51,245 nucleotides of DNA from Candidatus Woesearchaeota archaeon (GCA_014729555.1 WJJT01000054.1:1-51245), one strand, 5' to 3'; positions 11,581 through 20,926 are shown, counted from the stretch's first letter. Numbers and translations: made by a program. Notes: generated by a model not told the origin, from the letters alone.

Positions 11581-12727
11581 AGTACACCTTTTTTTTAATG
11601 TTTAATCCTCTATTTTTCAATGCTTTATATAAAATTTGCGGAGGAACATCAAACTCATGCTTTAAAGCCCCTTTTTTCTTTATATCACCGCGAACAATCA
11701 TCTCTGCAATCACGCCGGCAGGAAAGCCAGTGCACCGTGTCATAGCAGTCAGGCCGCCTTTTTCCTTGTCAACAAGAGTGTAGACAACCTTTTTCTTTGT
11801 GCCCTCAACAATAACCTTTAGCAACACAAGATCCTTGTCCTTGTAAGACAGCTTTTCCTTGAACAAATCCTCAAGCAGTTCTCTGGGCGGAAACTTGCAG
11901 CCCTCCACCTCCCTGGGCTTGCTTGAAGTCAGGCCAAGATACATCATGCATCTTACCTTCTCTGCATGGCCAGGGTAACGAATAGTCTTGTAATTCAATT
12001 CCTTTATTTTGCCCTTATAACTCTGGGGCATTGTGGATGTTCCGCCAGAGGTATTAAATGCCTCCATCTTTCCAAAACCAGGAAAATTCAACTCCTCAAC
12101 ATCCTGCATAGGCTCAACAGTCTTGAGCTTGTAATTATCAATAACCAAAACAGGCTCAATATACTCATTAATCAGGCCATGAACAGAAAAAACAATCATA
12201 TACTTCAACGGGCCCTTTGGGTGCTGAGGCAGGCCTCCAACCCTGAGCTTGACAGACTTTACTTTATTGCCCTTAAAATCCTTTTGAACAGCCAGTGCAG
12301 CCAGGTTGCTCACAAGACCAGGAGCAAGACCGCAGTCAGGAATAATAGCAACATTATTCTTCTTAGCCTGCTTGCTTAATGAAAACTCTTTCTTCACAAT
12401 ATCAACATTACCCCCTAAATCAATAAAATTACACCCTGCTTTTACAGCAGCCCTTGCCAAATCATAATTATACTGATAAGGAACAGCACTCACAGCACAA
12501 TCAAACTTCTTCATAAGCTTCACAGTCTCGTTAAAATTCTTAGCATTAAGCTTCACAGGACAAATCTTGTCACTCTTAAGCATCTTCTTGATCTTCTTGG
12601 GCTTGTCAAGATGCCGTGAAGCAACACAAACCTCATCAATATCCTTCTGCCTGACAAACTCATAAGCAATAGCCTGAGCCTGCTTGCCAGCACCAACAAT
12701 CAACATCTTATAACTCATCTTATACAA
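11573..12727 (-). CDS. Saccharopine dehydrogenase / L-lysine 6-dehydrogenase family
   Basis: Rossmann GAG, DLGG, DCGLAPG, VGGLP, FSVHGLINEY, FNTSGG, YKTIRYPGH. Confidence 0.88.
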   Translation of the reverse strand: MYKMSYKMLIVGAGKQAQAIAYEFVRQKDIDEVCVASRHLDKPKKIKKMLKSDKICPVKLNAKNFNETVKLMKKFDCAVSAVPYQYNYDLARAAVKAGCNFIDLGGNVDIVKKEFSLSKQAKKNNVAIIPDCGLAPGLVSNLAALAVQKDFKGNKVKSVKLRVGGLPQHPKGPLKYMIVFSVHGLINEYIEPVLVIDNYKLKTVEPMQDVEELNFPGFGKMEAFNTSGGTSTMPQSYKGKIKELNYKTIRYPGHAEKVRCMMYLGLTSSKPREVEGCKFPPRELLEDLFKEKLSYKDKDLVLLKVIVEGTKKKVVYTLVDKEKGGLTAMTRCTGFPAGVIAEMIVRGDIKKKGALKHEFDVPPQILYKALKNRGLNIKKKVYYG

Positions 12728-12733
12728 CCTCTT

Positions 12734-13756
12734 TTAATGAATACACACTTTAGGAGGATTTTTCAACAAAGCCTCAAGGAGTTTTATGCAATCAAGTATA
12801 TCCTTAAGGCTTGCTATACCCACAGTAGTGTGCATGTTTCTTATAGCAACACCAACAACAGCAGTAGGAATCCCGCCTTTTTCAAAAGAAATGCTCAAGG
12901 CATCAGTAGTACCAAAATCACTAACATCCAACTGGATCCTGATTTTCTCTTTTTTTGCAACCTTCTTGAGCCAGTCACTAATGCAAAGGTTAGAAATCAT
13001 CTCAGCATCCTTGACAAGAATCACAGGACCTCCTCCCAAGCGTTTTGTGACAACATGGCCGTGCTCAATAGCATCATCTGCATTAGTGACATCAATAACA
13101 ATAGCCCAGTCAGGATCAATACTGGCAATAGAGGTCTTTGAGCCGTACAATCCAAGCTCTTCCTGAGTCGTGAAAACATAATAAATATCTGCACTGGATT
13201 TTTTAAGCCTTTTTGCAAGCTCAATCAAAGCATAGCAGCCAATCCTGTCATCAAGCGCCTTGCCAGAAATAACATCCCTGCAGCCGAGGCAGTCAACCGG
13301 CTGAACAAGCTCAAGAAAAGAACCAGCACCAATGCCCAGCTTTTTTAATTCTTTCTTGTCAAGACCTGTATCAACAAACAAATCCTCTATTGAGAATTTT
13401 TCTTCCGGCTCTTCACCATCACTAATTTCTGCAAAAGTGACAATGCCGTGAATCTTGGGGCCCTGCTTTGTCTTAATGCTGACCTTCTCCCCAACCAAGG
13501 AAACATACTCAACACCGCCAATAGGAGAGACATAAATATTTCCATTAGCAGAAATACTTTTAATCATCAAACCAACCTCATCCATGTGAGCAGCAAGCAT
13601 TACCTTTGCGCCCTTTCCCTTTTTATGAGCGATGATGTTCCCGAACTTATCAACAATTACATCCTTAACATGCTTTTTGATCTCTTTTAGTATCAAGCTT
13701 CTCACTTTTTCTTCATTGCCGCTGACACCCTGGACCTCTAACAACTTCTTTAACAT
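12734..13756 (-). CDS. M42 family (TET-like) aminopeptidase
   Basis: AAHMDEVG, GKALDDR, QEELG, DVT and GTTDA motifs. Confidence 0.92.
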   Translation of the reverse strand: MLKKLLEVQGVSGNEEKVRSLILKEIKKHVKDVIVDKFGNIIAHKKGKGAKVMLAAHMDEVGLMIKSISANGNIYVSPIGGVEYVSLVGEKVSIKTKQGPKIHGIVTFAEISDGEEPEEKFSIEDLFVDTGLDKKELKKLGIGAGSFLELVQPVDCLGCRDVISGKALDDRIGCYALIELAKRLKKSSADIYYVFTTQEELGLYGSKTSIASIDPDWAIVIDVTNADDAIEHGHVVTKRLGGGPVILVKDAEMISNLCISDWLKKVAKKEKIRIQLDVSDFGTTDALSISFEKGGIPTAVVGVAIRNMHTTVGIASLKDILDCIKLLEALLKNPPKVCIH

Positions 13757-15223
13757 CTACTTTTCACCCCATTCAATATCCTGAGCCTTCTGTAGCCTGC
13801 CAGAATAATCAACATAAACAGTCTTGGTCTCAGAAAACTCATCAATACCCTCCATGCCTGCCTCTCTAGTGCCATTGCCAGTCTGCTTGACACCGCCAAA
13901 AGGCAGGTGAACCTCTGCACCTGTTGTGCTGGAATTAATGTAAGTGATTCCTGCCTCTATCTTTTGAATGGCCTTGAAAGCATTATCAATACTCCTGGTG
14001 AAGATGCTTGAACTCAGGCCGTAATCAACACTGTTAATCACATCAATAGCCTCTCTGAAGTTCTTCACAGGAATAATCGTGACAACAGGACCAAAAATCT
14101 CCTCCTGCGCAACAGTCATGCCTTTTTTTGCATCAGAAAAAACAGTAGGCTCAAAAAACAAGCCCTTTAGTTTTTTCCCGCCGCAAAGCAGCCCAGCACC
14201 TTCTTTTTTTCCAATACCAACATACTTCTGCACCTTTTCAACAGCACTCTCATTAACCAAAGGGCCAACATCCACCTTGGAGTCAAGACCAGAACCAAGC
14301 CTTAACTTCTTGATTCTTGCAATAAATTTTTTCTCAAAATCTTTCTGCACTTTCTTGTGAACAATAACCCTTGAAGCAGCAGTGCACCTCTGGCCGGTTG
14401 TCCCAAAACCACCCCAGACAGCACCATCAACAGCCAAATCCAAATCAGCATCATCCATAACAATGATTCCATTCTTTCCGCCAAGCTCCAGGCCAACCTT
14501 TTTCAGGCCGGCATTCTCTGCAATGAATTTTCCGGTATTTCTTGAGCCTGTAAAAGATATTCCTCTAATATTTTCATGCCTGATTATCGGGGTCCCAACA
14601 TCCTTTCCACTGCCTGTAACGAGATTAACAACACCAGCAGGAACACCTGCTTTCACAAGAAGCTCAACAAACCTTATGCCGCACAAAGGAGTATCAGAAC
14701 TGGGCTTGAAAACAACAGTATTTCCACAGATTAAAGCAGGAGCAATCTTCCACGCAGGCAATGCAAAAGGAAAATTCCACGGCGTTATCACACCAAAAAC
14801 ACCAACAGGAACACGAAGGGTCATGCAGAACTTGTCAGGCAGTTCAGAAGGAGTAGTATGACCAAATAATCTCCTCCCTTCTCCAGCCATATACTCAAAA
14901 ACATCAATAGCCTCCTGCACATCACCCTCTGACTCAGCCAAGACCTTGCCCATCTCCATAGTGATGCATTTAGCCAGCTCTTTCTTGTTCTGCTTTAACA
15001 AATCTCTTACCGTGAAAAGAATCTCTGCACGCTCAGGAGCAGGAGTCTGCGACCAGCCAGGGTATGCCTTCCAGGCAGCTCTCACAGCATTATCAACATC
15101 ACTCTTGTTTCCCTGCGGAAATTTTCCAAGAGACCTGCCATTAGCAGGATTAAAACTCTCAAAAGTCTTTCCAGAGCTGGAATTAACCCATTTGCCGCCA
15201 ATAAAAATTTTATTAGTCCTCAT
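13757..15223 (-). CDS. NAD(P)-dependent aldehyde dehydrogenase (semialdehyde dehydrogenase-like)
   Basis: PWNFP, FTGS, LELGGKN, GQRCTA, EEIFGP, PFGG. Confidence 0.94.
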   Translation of the reverse strand: MRTNKIFIGGKWVNSSSGKTFESFNPANGRSLGKFPQGNKSDVDNAVRAAWKAYPGWSQTPAPERAEILFTVRDLLKQNKKELAKCITMEMGKVLAESEGDVQEAIDVFEYMAGEGRRLFGHTTPSELPDKFCMTLRVPVGVFGVITPWNFPFALPAWKIAPALICGNTVVFKPSSDTPLCGIRFVELLVKAGVPAGVVNLVTGSGKDVGTPIIRHENIRGISFTGSRNTGKFIAENAGLKKVGLELGGKNGIIVMDDADLDLAVDGAVWGGFGTTGQRCTAASRVIVHKKVQKDFEKKFIARIKKLRLGSGLDSKVDVGPLVNESAVEKVQKYVGIGKKEGAGLLCGGKKLKGLFFEPTVFSDAKKGMTVAQEEIFGPVVTIIPVKNFREAIDVINSVDYGLSSSIFTRSIDNAFKAIQKIEAGITYINSSTTGAEVHLPFGGVKQTGNGTREAGMEGIDEFSETKTVYVDYSGRLQKAQDIEWGEK

Positions 15224-15528
15224 TTGAGATTCAGAGCCTTCTTAATCTTGTCAACATCATAGCCAACAATAATCTTTCCGCCAATATCCAAGACAGGAAC
15301 ACCCATCTGATCTGACTTCTTGATCATCTCCTCCCTGGCCTGTTCATCAACAGAGACATCATGATCCTTGAAAGAAATCTTTTTCTCCTTCAGAAACTCC
15401 TTTGTCTTCCTGCACCAAGGGCAGGTATGTGTGGAATAAACAATCACTTTAGGCTTTTTCTTAGAAGACTTTTTTTTAGCTTTTTTTGCCTTTTTCTTGG
15501 CTTTCTTTTTAGCTTTTTTCTTAGCCAT
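15220..15528 (-). CDS. Glutaredoxin/NrdH-like redoxin with a Lys-rich N-terminal tail
   Basis: CPWC active site and QMGVPV; N-terminus MAKKKAKKKAKKKAKK. Confidence 0.9.
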   Translation of the reverse strand: MAKKKAKKKAKKKAKKAKKKSSKKKPKVIVYSTHTCPWCRKTKEFLKEKKISFKDHDVSVDEQAREEMIKKSDQMGVPVLDIGGKIIVGYDVDKIKKALNLK

Positions 15529-15609
15529 TTTCCTTTAAACACCTCTTTTTTGCTTATTGGATATTGTGAACAGAACGCTATATTAAAGTTTGTTATCATC
15601 TATGGATAG

Positions 15610-15882
15610 TTAACGACGCTTGTGCCCGATATGACCTTTTTTCTTTTTCTTTCCTGCAGAATCAACCTGCAATTCCCTTAATGAAACACCTGCCCAGACA
15701 AGATTCAATATCAAAAAAGGCCAGGCACGCAGAATGTAAGAATAATACGCCATCAACAAAGCACCAACAAGATTAGTTATGTCATACACAATAGAATCAC
15801 TCTTCCACTTATGAACCTGATTCATGAAAAAAGCAAGCAAAATAAGAAAAGCGCCAATCAAACCAATAATCATCAGAGTCAT
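15610..15882 (-). CDS. Small 3-TM membrane protein (CBU_0592/PQ-loop-like)
   Basis: IGLIGAFLILLAF...YDITNLVGA...WPFLILNLVW pattern. Confidence 0.65.
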   Translation of the reverse strand: MTLMIIGLIGAFLILLAFFMNQVHKWKSDSIVYDITNLVGALLMAYYSYILRAWPFLILNLVWAGVSLRELQVDSAGKKKKKGHIGHKRR

Positions 15883-15962
15883 AGCTGCACAAGAGATATT
15901 CGCACTTATAAACTTTGCGATAGAAAAGTATATAAAACAATGCATAAACCCTTTTTCTTACA

Positions 15963-17264
15963 ATGATAGACAAAAAAGAACACGCAGACCTGGAAGGCAT
16001 GCGGTTTCACAAGAACGCTTGCATGCTGACAGGCACAAAACTATATGCACCAAGCCACGCAGCAATGAGCGGGCTATGCGCAAACTGCATAATGTGCGGA
16101 CTGTGCGAAGTAGGGGCAAAAGCAAAATCAGGAAGAACACTTTTTCCACAGCCATTCGGCACAACACAATTCGGTGCAGAAAAAAGAATACCAAACATGG
16201 AAGACCTCCAGATAATGCCAGAATTATACGGAGAGGGATTATTCTTCACAAAAACAAGTTCTGAGGGAGAATTAGGAGGATTCAAGTGCACTGTCCCTCT
16301 AGTAATCGCAGGAATGGGCTCAACAAAAGTAGCATCAGACAAGAATGATGAACTCACAATCGGAGCTGCAAAAGCAGGAATAGCAAGAGTATTAGGAGAA
16401 AATTACCTCATAACATTTGGAGAGGAAAAACTAAAGCACACAATAGACATCTACAAGAAAAACCAGAAAAAAGGCTATGGAGCAATCGTGATACAGGTAA
16501 ATGCAAACGAGCACAAGCTGGGACTTGCAAAAATGGCAGCAGACCTCGGAGCAGATGCAATAGAAATGAAACTCGGACAGGGAGCAAAACAAGGACTAGG
16601 CGGAGAGATACAGTTTGAAGGAGAAGAAAAAGCAGAAAAATTCAAGAAAGCAGGATACCTAGTCATAGACAAAGGCAATGGCAAATATGAAAGACACGCA
16701 TTCCCAGGAACACTTACTTCAGAATCATTAAGAGAGACACTAAAAGAATATGCAAGCCATGGCAAACCGCTCTGGGTAAAGACAGGAATGGGCATAGGAA
16801 TAATAAAACTAATAGAAGAGCTGGACAAAATCAAGAAAGAAGAAGACCTTCCAATTGAAATACTGACAGTAGACGGATTCGGCGGAGGGACAGGAATGAG
16901 CCCATGGCTGGTCATGAATGAAATGAACATGCCGTCAGGAGCTTTGTTTTCTGTATTGAAAAAGAGACCAAGCTTTGACATAATATTAGCAGGCGGGTAT
17001 AGCACTGGCTTTGATGTGGCAAAAGCAATGATGCTCGGAGCAGACGGCGTTGCAATGGGAAGGCCGTTCTTGATAGCAGCAAGGCAGGAAAACGGAATAG
17101 AAAACTTTTGTGCTGCAATAAGCGAAGAACTAAAAATGACAGCAGTAACACAGAAAGTTGACACAATCTCAAAAATAGTAGGCAAAAGAAAATCACTGTT
17201 TGCCTTATCAAAAGAAGCAAAAAACATGTTTGGCATAACAACAGAGCCAAAGGATGTTTTATAA
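15963..17264 (+). CDS. FMN-binding glutamate synthase family protein (stand-alone FMN domain)
   Basis: IEMKLGQGAKQGLGG, VDGFGGGTG and DVAKAMMLGAD motifs; N-terminal CxxCxxCxxC. Confidence 0.85.
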   Translation: MIDKKEHADLEGMRFHKNACMLTGTKLYAPSHAAMSGLCANCIMCGLCEVGAKAKSGRTLFPQPFGTTQFGAEKRIPNMEDLQIMPELYGEGLFFTKTSSEGELGGFKCTVPLVIAGMGSTKVASDKNDELTIGAAKAGIARVLGENYLITFGEEKLKHTIDIYKKNQKKGYGAIVIQVNANEHKLGLAKMAADLGADAIEMKLGQGAKQGLGGEIQFEGEEKAEKFKKAGYLVIDKGNGKYERHAFPGTLTSESLRETLKEYASHGKPLWVKTGMGIGIIKLIEELDKIKKEEDLPIEILTVDGFGGGTGMSPWLVMNEMNMPSGALFSVLKKRPSFDIILAGGYSTGFDVAKAMMLGADGVAMGRPFLIAARQENGIENFCAAISEELKMTAVTQKVDTISKIVGKRKSLFALSKEAKNMFGITTEPKDVL

Positions 17265-17265
17265 A

Positions 17266-17493
17266 ATGAACAAATACACAAAATACGGACTAATATATGG
17301 AATATTGTTTGTTGCAGTATTATGGCTGGCATATTACATCAACTATGGAATAGGGTATGTAATGGGATATTCAATGGCAATGCTTGGACTGCCTGAAATG
17401 CCTTTTGCATCACTGATAATATCCTATGCAATAGTAGTGCTAATATTCCTGCTGGCCGGATACCTGATAGGCAGAAGCAAATCAAAAAGTTAA
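17266..17493 (+). CDS. Small membrane protein, hypothetical
   Basis: Two hydrophobic helices; starts 1 nt after the upstream stop. Confidence 0.6.
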   Translation: MNKYTKYGLIYGILFVAVLWLAYYINYGIGYVMGYSMAMLGLPEMPFASLIISYAIVVLIFLLAGYLIGRSKSKS

Positions 17494-17522
17494 TAAACTC
17501 TTTTTCTTTTTTCTTCATTAAG

Positions 17523-18263
17523 ATGGGGGCAAGATATTTAATATTATTCATATGCTTAGCAGCAGTACTGGCAGGATGCACTGCCAAAGAACAGCAAGAG
17601 AGCGAATATGAAGGGATTAAAGAAGCAATTTTCGCCTGCAACTCTGCTTTTAATACTTGGGATGGCAAGACACACACAATATGCTATGATTCTGCAGGGG
17701 AAAAATTATTTGATGAGCCTTATGATGTTCTAAATGAATTGGGCTTTTCTAAAAAAGAAACAGAAAAACTTGAAAAAGAATTTAAGCAAGGATGCTTTAA
17801 TGAAGTATTGTTCAAAGACCTGCCGCCAAGCATCATAACAGAAGCGATTCTTAATACAGGACTGTTCAAAGACAAAAAAATCTGCGGAAATATAGACAAA
17901 AACACATACTTTTGGAAACATATCAACCACACATACACATATTCTATAAAGCATACTGGAGCAGGAGGCAATTTCAGAGGATATATTTGGTCACTGGAAG
18001 TGGAGCCATACACAACTGAAGGAATTGCTGTTGAAAAGTACCCTTTCCTGGCTTGCGACTCATTCTCTGCACACAAAATGCATGCCTGGACCCTTGATAT
18101 TAAAAAAGAAGGCAACATGCTAAAAATAACTGCAGACAACATAAGCCCAAAAGAGCCAGAAGACCTTGATTCAGAAGGAATGAACAGGATTGCAAAAAAC
18201 TTCACAAACTGCAGCATCAAATATGATTATTACAGGATTTCTGAAGAAAATACATACAATTAA
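17523..18263 (+). CDS. Hypothetical lipoprotein
   Basis: Lipobox LAGC after a hydrophobic signal. Confidence 0.7.
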   Translation: MGARYLILFICLAAVLAGCTAKEQQESEYEGIKEAIFACNSAFNTWDGKTHTICYDSAGEKLFDEPYDVLNELGFSKKETEKLEKEFKQGCFNEVLFKDLPPSIITEAILNTGLFKDKKICGNIDKNTYFWKHINHTYTYSIKHTGAGGNFRGYIWSLEVEPYTTEGIAVEKYPFLACDSFSAHKMHAWTLDIKKEGNMLKITADNISPKEPEDLDSEGMNRIAKNFTNCSIKYDYYRISEENTYN

Positions 18264-18266
18264 ATC

Positions 18267-18330
18267 AAAACCGCAAATAAAGCTATTTCTTCAAAAAATC
18301 TTTCTGCTCTTTGGAAGATATTGCGGTTTT
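18267..18330. repeat. Imperfect inverted repeat
   Basis: AAAACCGCAA...TTGCGGTTTT enclosing TCTTCAAAA/TTTGGAAGA. Confidence 0.45.
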
Positions 18331-18370
18331 TCCTTGTAAATATATGTAAAGAATAGAATCAAGAAAAAAA

Positions 18371-18420
18371 GTAATCTAACTGGGATGACACCCAGCTGAA
18401 GACTAAATAACATTCACCCG
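18371..18420 (+). pseudogene. Degenerate partial copy of the downstream tRNA(GAA)
   Basis: 43/51 identity by eye to 18476-18526 (D-arm, anticodon arm, half of the V-arm); no T-arm or acceptor stem. Confidence 0.8.
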
Positions 18421-18469
18421 GTATAATACTCAAGACATTTTGCATATAAAAATGTTTTGGTTTGGCAAA

Positions 18470-18583
18470 GCCAGAGTAGTCTAACTAGGTATGACGCCTA
18501 GCTGAAGACTAGGTGACATTCACCCGAATGTCTTGCGGGTTCAAATGTCATGGTGGGAACTGAAATTCCCGCCTCTGGCGCCA
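18470..18583 (+). tRNA. tRNA with GAA anticodon (Phe), long variable arm, 21-nt intron at 59/60, encoded CCA
   Basis: Acceptor GCCAGAG/CTCTGGC-G; anticodon arm CCTAG-CTGAAGA-CTAGG; V-arm GACATTC-ACCC-GAATGTC; T-stem GCGGG/CCCGC; BHB TTCA-AAT...TGAA-ATT gives intron 18546-18566. Confidence 0.88.
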
Positions 18584-18638
18584 AATACCTTATTCAATCA
18601 AAACCTTAATATAATCCTTATTCTTATTTCTTCTTAAA

Positions 18639-19379
18639 ATGGGTGACAAGAAGCCAGTACTAGGCATTGTATCATTCACATGCGACCAAGGATGCCAGTT
18701 CACAATACTATTCATTGAAAAACTAATGGACATTCTAAAGAAATTTGACGTGCAATACTTTCATTTGCTGAAAGAAAAGAACAGAAAAGCAAAATTCGAC
18801 CTCTGCTTTGTAGAAGGAGCGATAACAACAAAAAAAGAAGCAGAAAAACTCAAAGAAATCAGAAAAAAAAGCAAAGTACTTGTGGCGCTGGGAGCATGCG
18901 CATGCCACGGCGGAGTTCCTGCAATGCGAAACTTCATAGAAAATAAAGAACTTGAGAAATACGTCTACAACCAAAAGCTTCCAAAAGACGCACTGTCAGC
19001 AGCAGGAATAGGAGAATACGTGAAAGTAGACTATTACATGTATGGCTGCCCAATAATAAAAGAAGAATTCATGAATTTTTTAAATCAATTCCTGAAAGGA
19101 AAAATAATGAAAGAATTTGAGGGGCCTGTGTGCGCAGAGTGCCCAAGACAAGGCAAGCAAGACTGCTTTTTAAGACAGAAAAAAATCTGCCTGGGGCCGC
19201 TGACACACGGCGGATGCTCAGCAGTCTGCACAAAAGCAAACTTTGAGTGCATGGGATGCAGAGGACCAAGACCAAAAGCAGACTACAAGGCAGAAATAGA
19301 GCTTTTCAAGTCCTGGGGATTATCAGAAAAAGAGGTAATGCAAAGACTAAACATGTTCAAGAACATAGAAAACACATAA
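18639..19379 (+). CDS. [NiFe] hydrogenase small (delta) subunit, group 3b-like
   Basis: TCDQGC, VEGAI, LGACACHGG, YGCP, CxxC, CLGPLT.GGC...C, CMGCRG. Confidence 0.9.
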   Translation: MGDKKPVLGIVSFTCDQGCQFTILFIEKLMDILKKFDVQYFHLLKEKNRKAKFDLCFVEGAITTKKEAEKLKEIRKKSKVLVALGACACHGGVPAMRNFIENKELEKYVYNQKLPKDALSAAGIGEYVKVDYYMYGCPIIKEEFMNFLNQFLKGKIMKEFEGPVCAECPRQGKQDCFLRQKKICLGPLTHGGCSAVCTKANFECMGCRGPRPKADYKAEIELFKSWGLSEKEVMQRLNMFKNIENT

Positions 19380-19428
19380 AATCATAAGATTTTAAGTGTA
19401 CAAAAAATTCAGGAGGAATTTTTCAGGT

Positions 19429-20706
19429 ATGCCAAAAAAAATAAACCTAAACCAAATAACAAAAATAGAAGGACACGCTAAACTCCACATAAAGATAGAC
19501 AAAGGAGAGATAAAAAAAGTAAACCTGAAAATCTATGAAGGCTCAAGATACTTTGAAGGCATACTAAAAGACAAGAAATTTAACGACGTCAACCACATTG
19601 CCTCAAGAATATGCGGGATATGCAGCCCTGTGCACGGCCTTACATCTGTCAAAGCAACTGAAAAAGCCCTGGGAGTGCAGGTATCTGAACAAACAGAACT
19701 ATTAAGAGAGATACTGAACATCGGGGGAACAATACAGAGCCATGTCCTGCATTTATATTTCTTAACACTGCCAGACTACACAGGCTTTCCAAACGCAGTG
19801 CAGATGGCGCAAAAACACCCAGAAAAAGTAAAATCAGCGCTAAAGATAAAACAAATAGGAAATGACCTTGTCAGAGTGATTGGAGGCAGGGACATCCACC
19901 CCTTTACCTTAACACCAGGCGGGTTTGTCAGAATACCAAAACCAGAACAATTCAAGGCATTATTAAAAAGCGCAAAAGCCTGCCTGCCAGAAACAGAAAA
20001 AGCAGCACATTTATTCTGCGGACTGGACTACCCAGACTTTAAGCGCGAGACAAAACATTATGCACTAAAAGCCAAAAAAGGGTGCTTTTTCTGCCCAGAA
20101 GACAAGATAACCTGCACAGGAGGAAAACAGTGCATAGCAGTCACAGACTATGAAGATTATTTCAAGGAGTTTTTCAAGCAGGGCTCAACAGCAGAATTTG
20201 CAAAAGCAAATGAATCAAGCTACATGGTAGGAGCATGGTCAAGAATACTTAACAATTATGACCAATTAAGCAAAGAAGGGAAAAAACTAACAAGCTGCAT
20301 ACTGCCAAGAAAATTCTCACCATTCATGAATAATCCTGCCCAAGCAGTAGAGATGTGGGAAGGGCTCAAAAGAGTTGTTGATGTTCTTGAAAGCACTGAC
20401 TTCAAGCCAGAAAAACCAGTTGAAATCAAGACAAAAGCAGGAACAGGCATAGGAGCAAATGAGGCACCAAGAGGAATTGTATTCCATAAATACAAGTATG
20501 ACAACAAAGGATACACAAAACTGGTCAACATAACAACACCAACAACACAAAACCTGCAAAACCTTGAAGACGACATCAAGCACTTCCTTCCAACACTATT
20601 AGACAAGCCCAAGGAAGAAATACAATTAGAAATAGAGAAACTGATAAGAGCATATGATCCCTGCATTAGCTGTGCAGCACACTTTCTGGAAATTGTGTGG
20701 GAATAG
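19429..20706 (+). CDS. [NiFe] hydrogenase large (alpha) subunit, group 3b-like
   Basis: TKIEGH, L1 motif RICGIC, EAPRG, L2 motif DPCISCAAH, then a short cleavable tail FLEIVWE. Confidence 0.95.
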   Translation: MPKKINLNQITKIEGHAKLHIKIDKGEIKKVNLKIYEGSRYFEGILKDKKFNDVNHIASRICGICSPVHGLTSVKATEKALGVQVSEQTELLREILNIGGTIQSHVLHLYFLTLPDYTGFPNAVQMAQKHPEKVKSALKIKQIGNDLVRVIGGRDIHPFTLTPGGFVRIPKPEQFKALLKSAKACLPETEKAAHLFCGLDYPDFKRETKHYALKAKKGCFFCPEDKITCTGGKQCIAVTDYEDYFKEFFKQGSTAEFAKANESSYMVGAWSRILNNYDQLSKEGKKLTSCILPRKFSPFMNNPAQAVEMWEGLKRVVDVLESTDFKPEKPVEIKTKAGTGIGANEAPRGIVFHKYKYDNKGYTKLVNITTPTTQNLQNLEDDIKHFLPTLLDKPKEEIQLEIEKLIRAYDPCISCAAHFLEIVWE

Positions 20707-20764
20707 TCATAAGTCCTCACAAATTCTGAGATTCAGATTTAATTGGGAATAAAAGAAAACACTA

Positions 20765-20860
20765 TAAAAGCATTAATGTCCGAAGTCTAAACTTCAACAA
20801 GACAGGTAATCCGAAGATCAAACGCTCGTATCAGCCTAAATTCTCCCATCAATGCTTTTA
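20765..20860 (-). ncRNA. Candidate structured ncRNA (long irregular hairpin)
   Basis: On the minus strand: 14-bp stem TAAAAGCATTGATG/CATTAATGCTTTTA, stem TTTAGGCT/AGTTTAGA, tandem G-A pairs, stem ACGAG/CTTGT and a C(UUCG)G hairpin. G-U pairs favour the minus strand. Confidence 0.5.
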
Positions 20861-20926
20861 GAGAATCACTATGCAACTGCCAAACGCAGTATGTTTTAAA
20901 ATATTTTGTCACTATTCTAAAGTAGA

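Noticed and set aside
18470-18583. tRNA-Sec next to the hydrogenase
   Set aside because: The anticodon is GAA, the fold is 7/5, and the hydrogenase L2 motif has Cys codons with no in-frame TGA.
20765-20860. TPP riboswitch or SECIS element
   Set aside because: It lacks the CUGAGA/ACCUGA TPP core and no neighbouring gene has an in-frame UGA.
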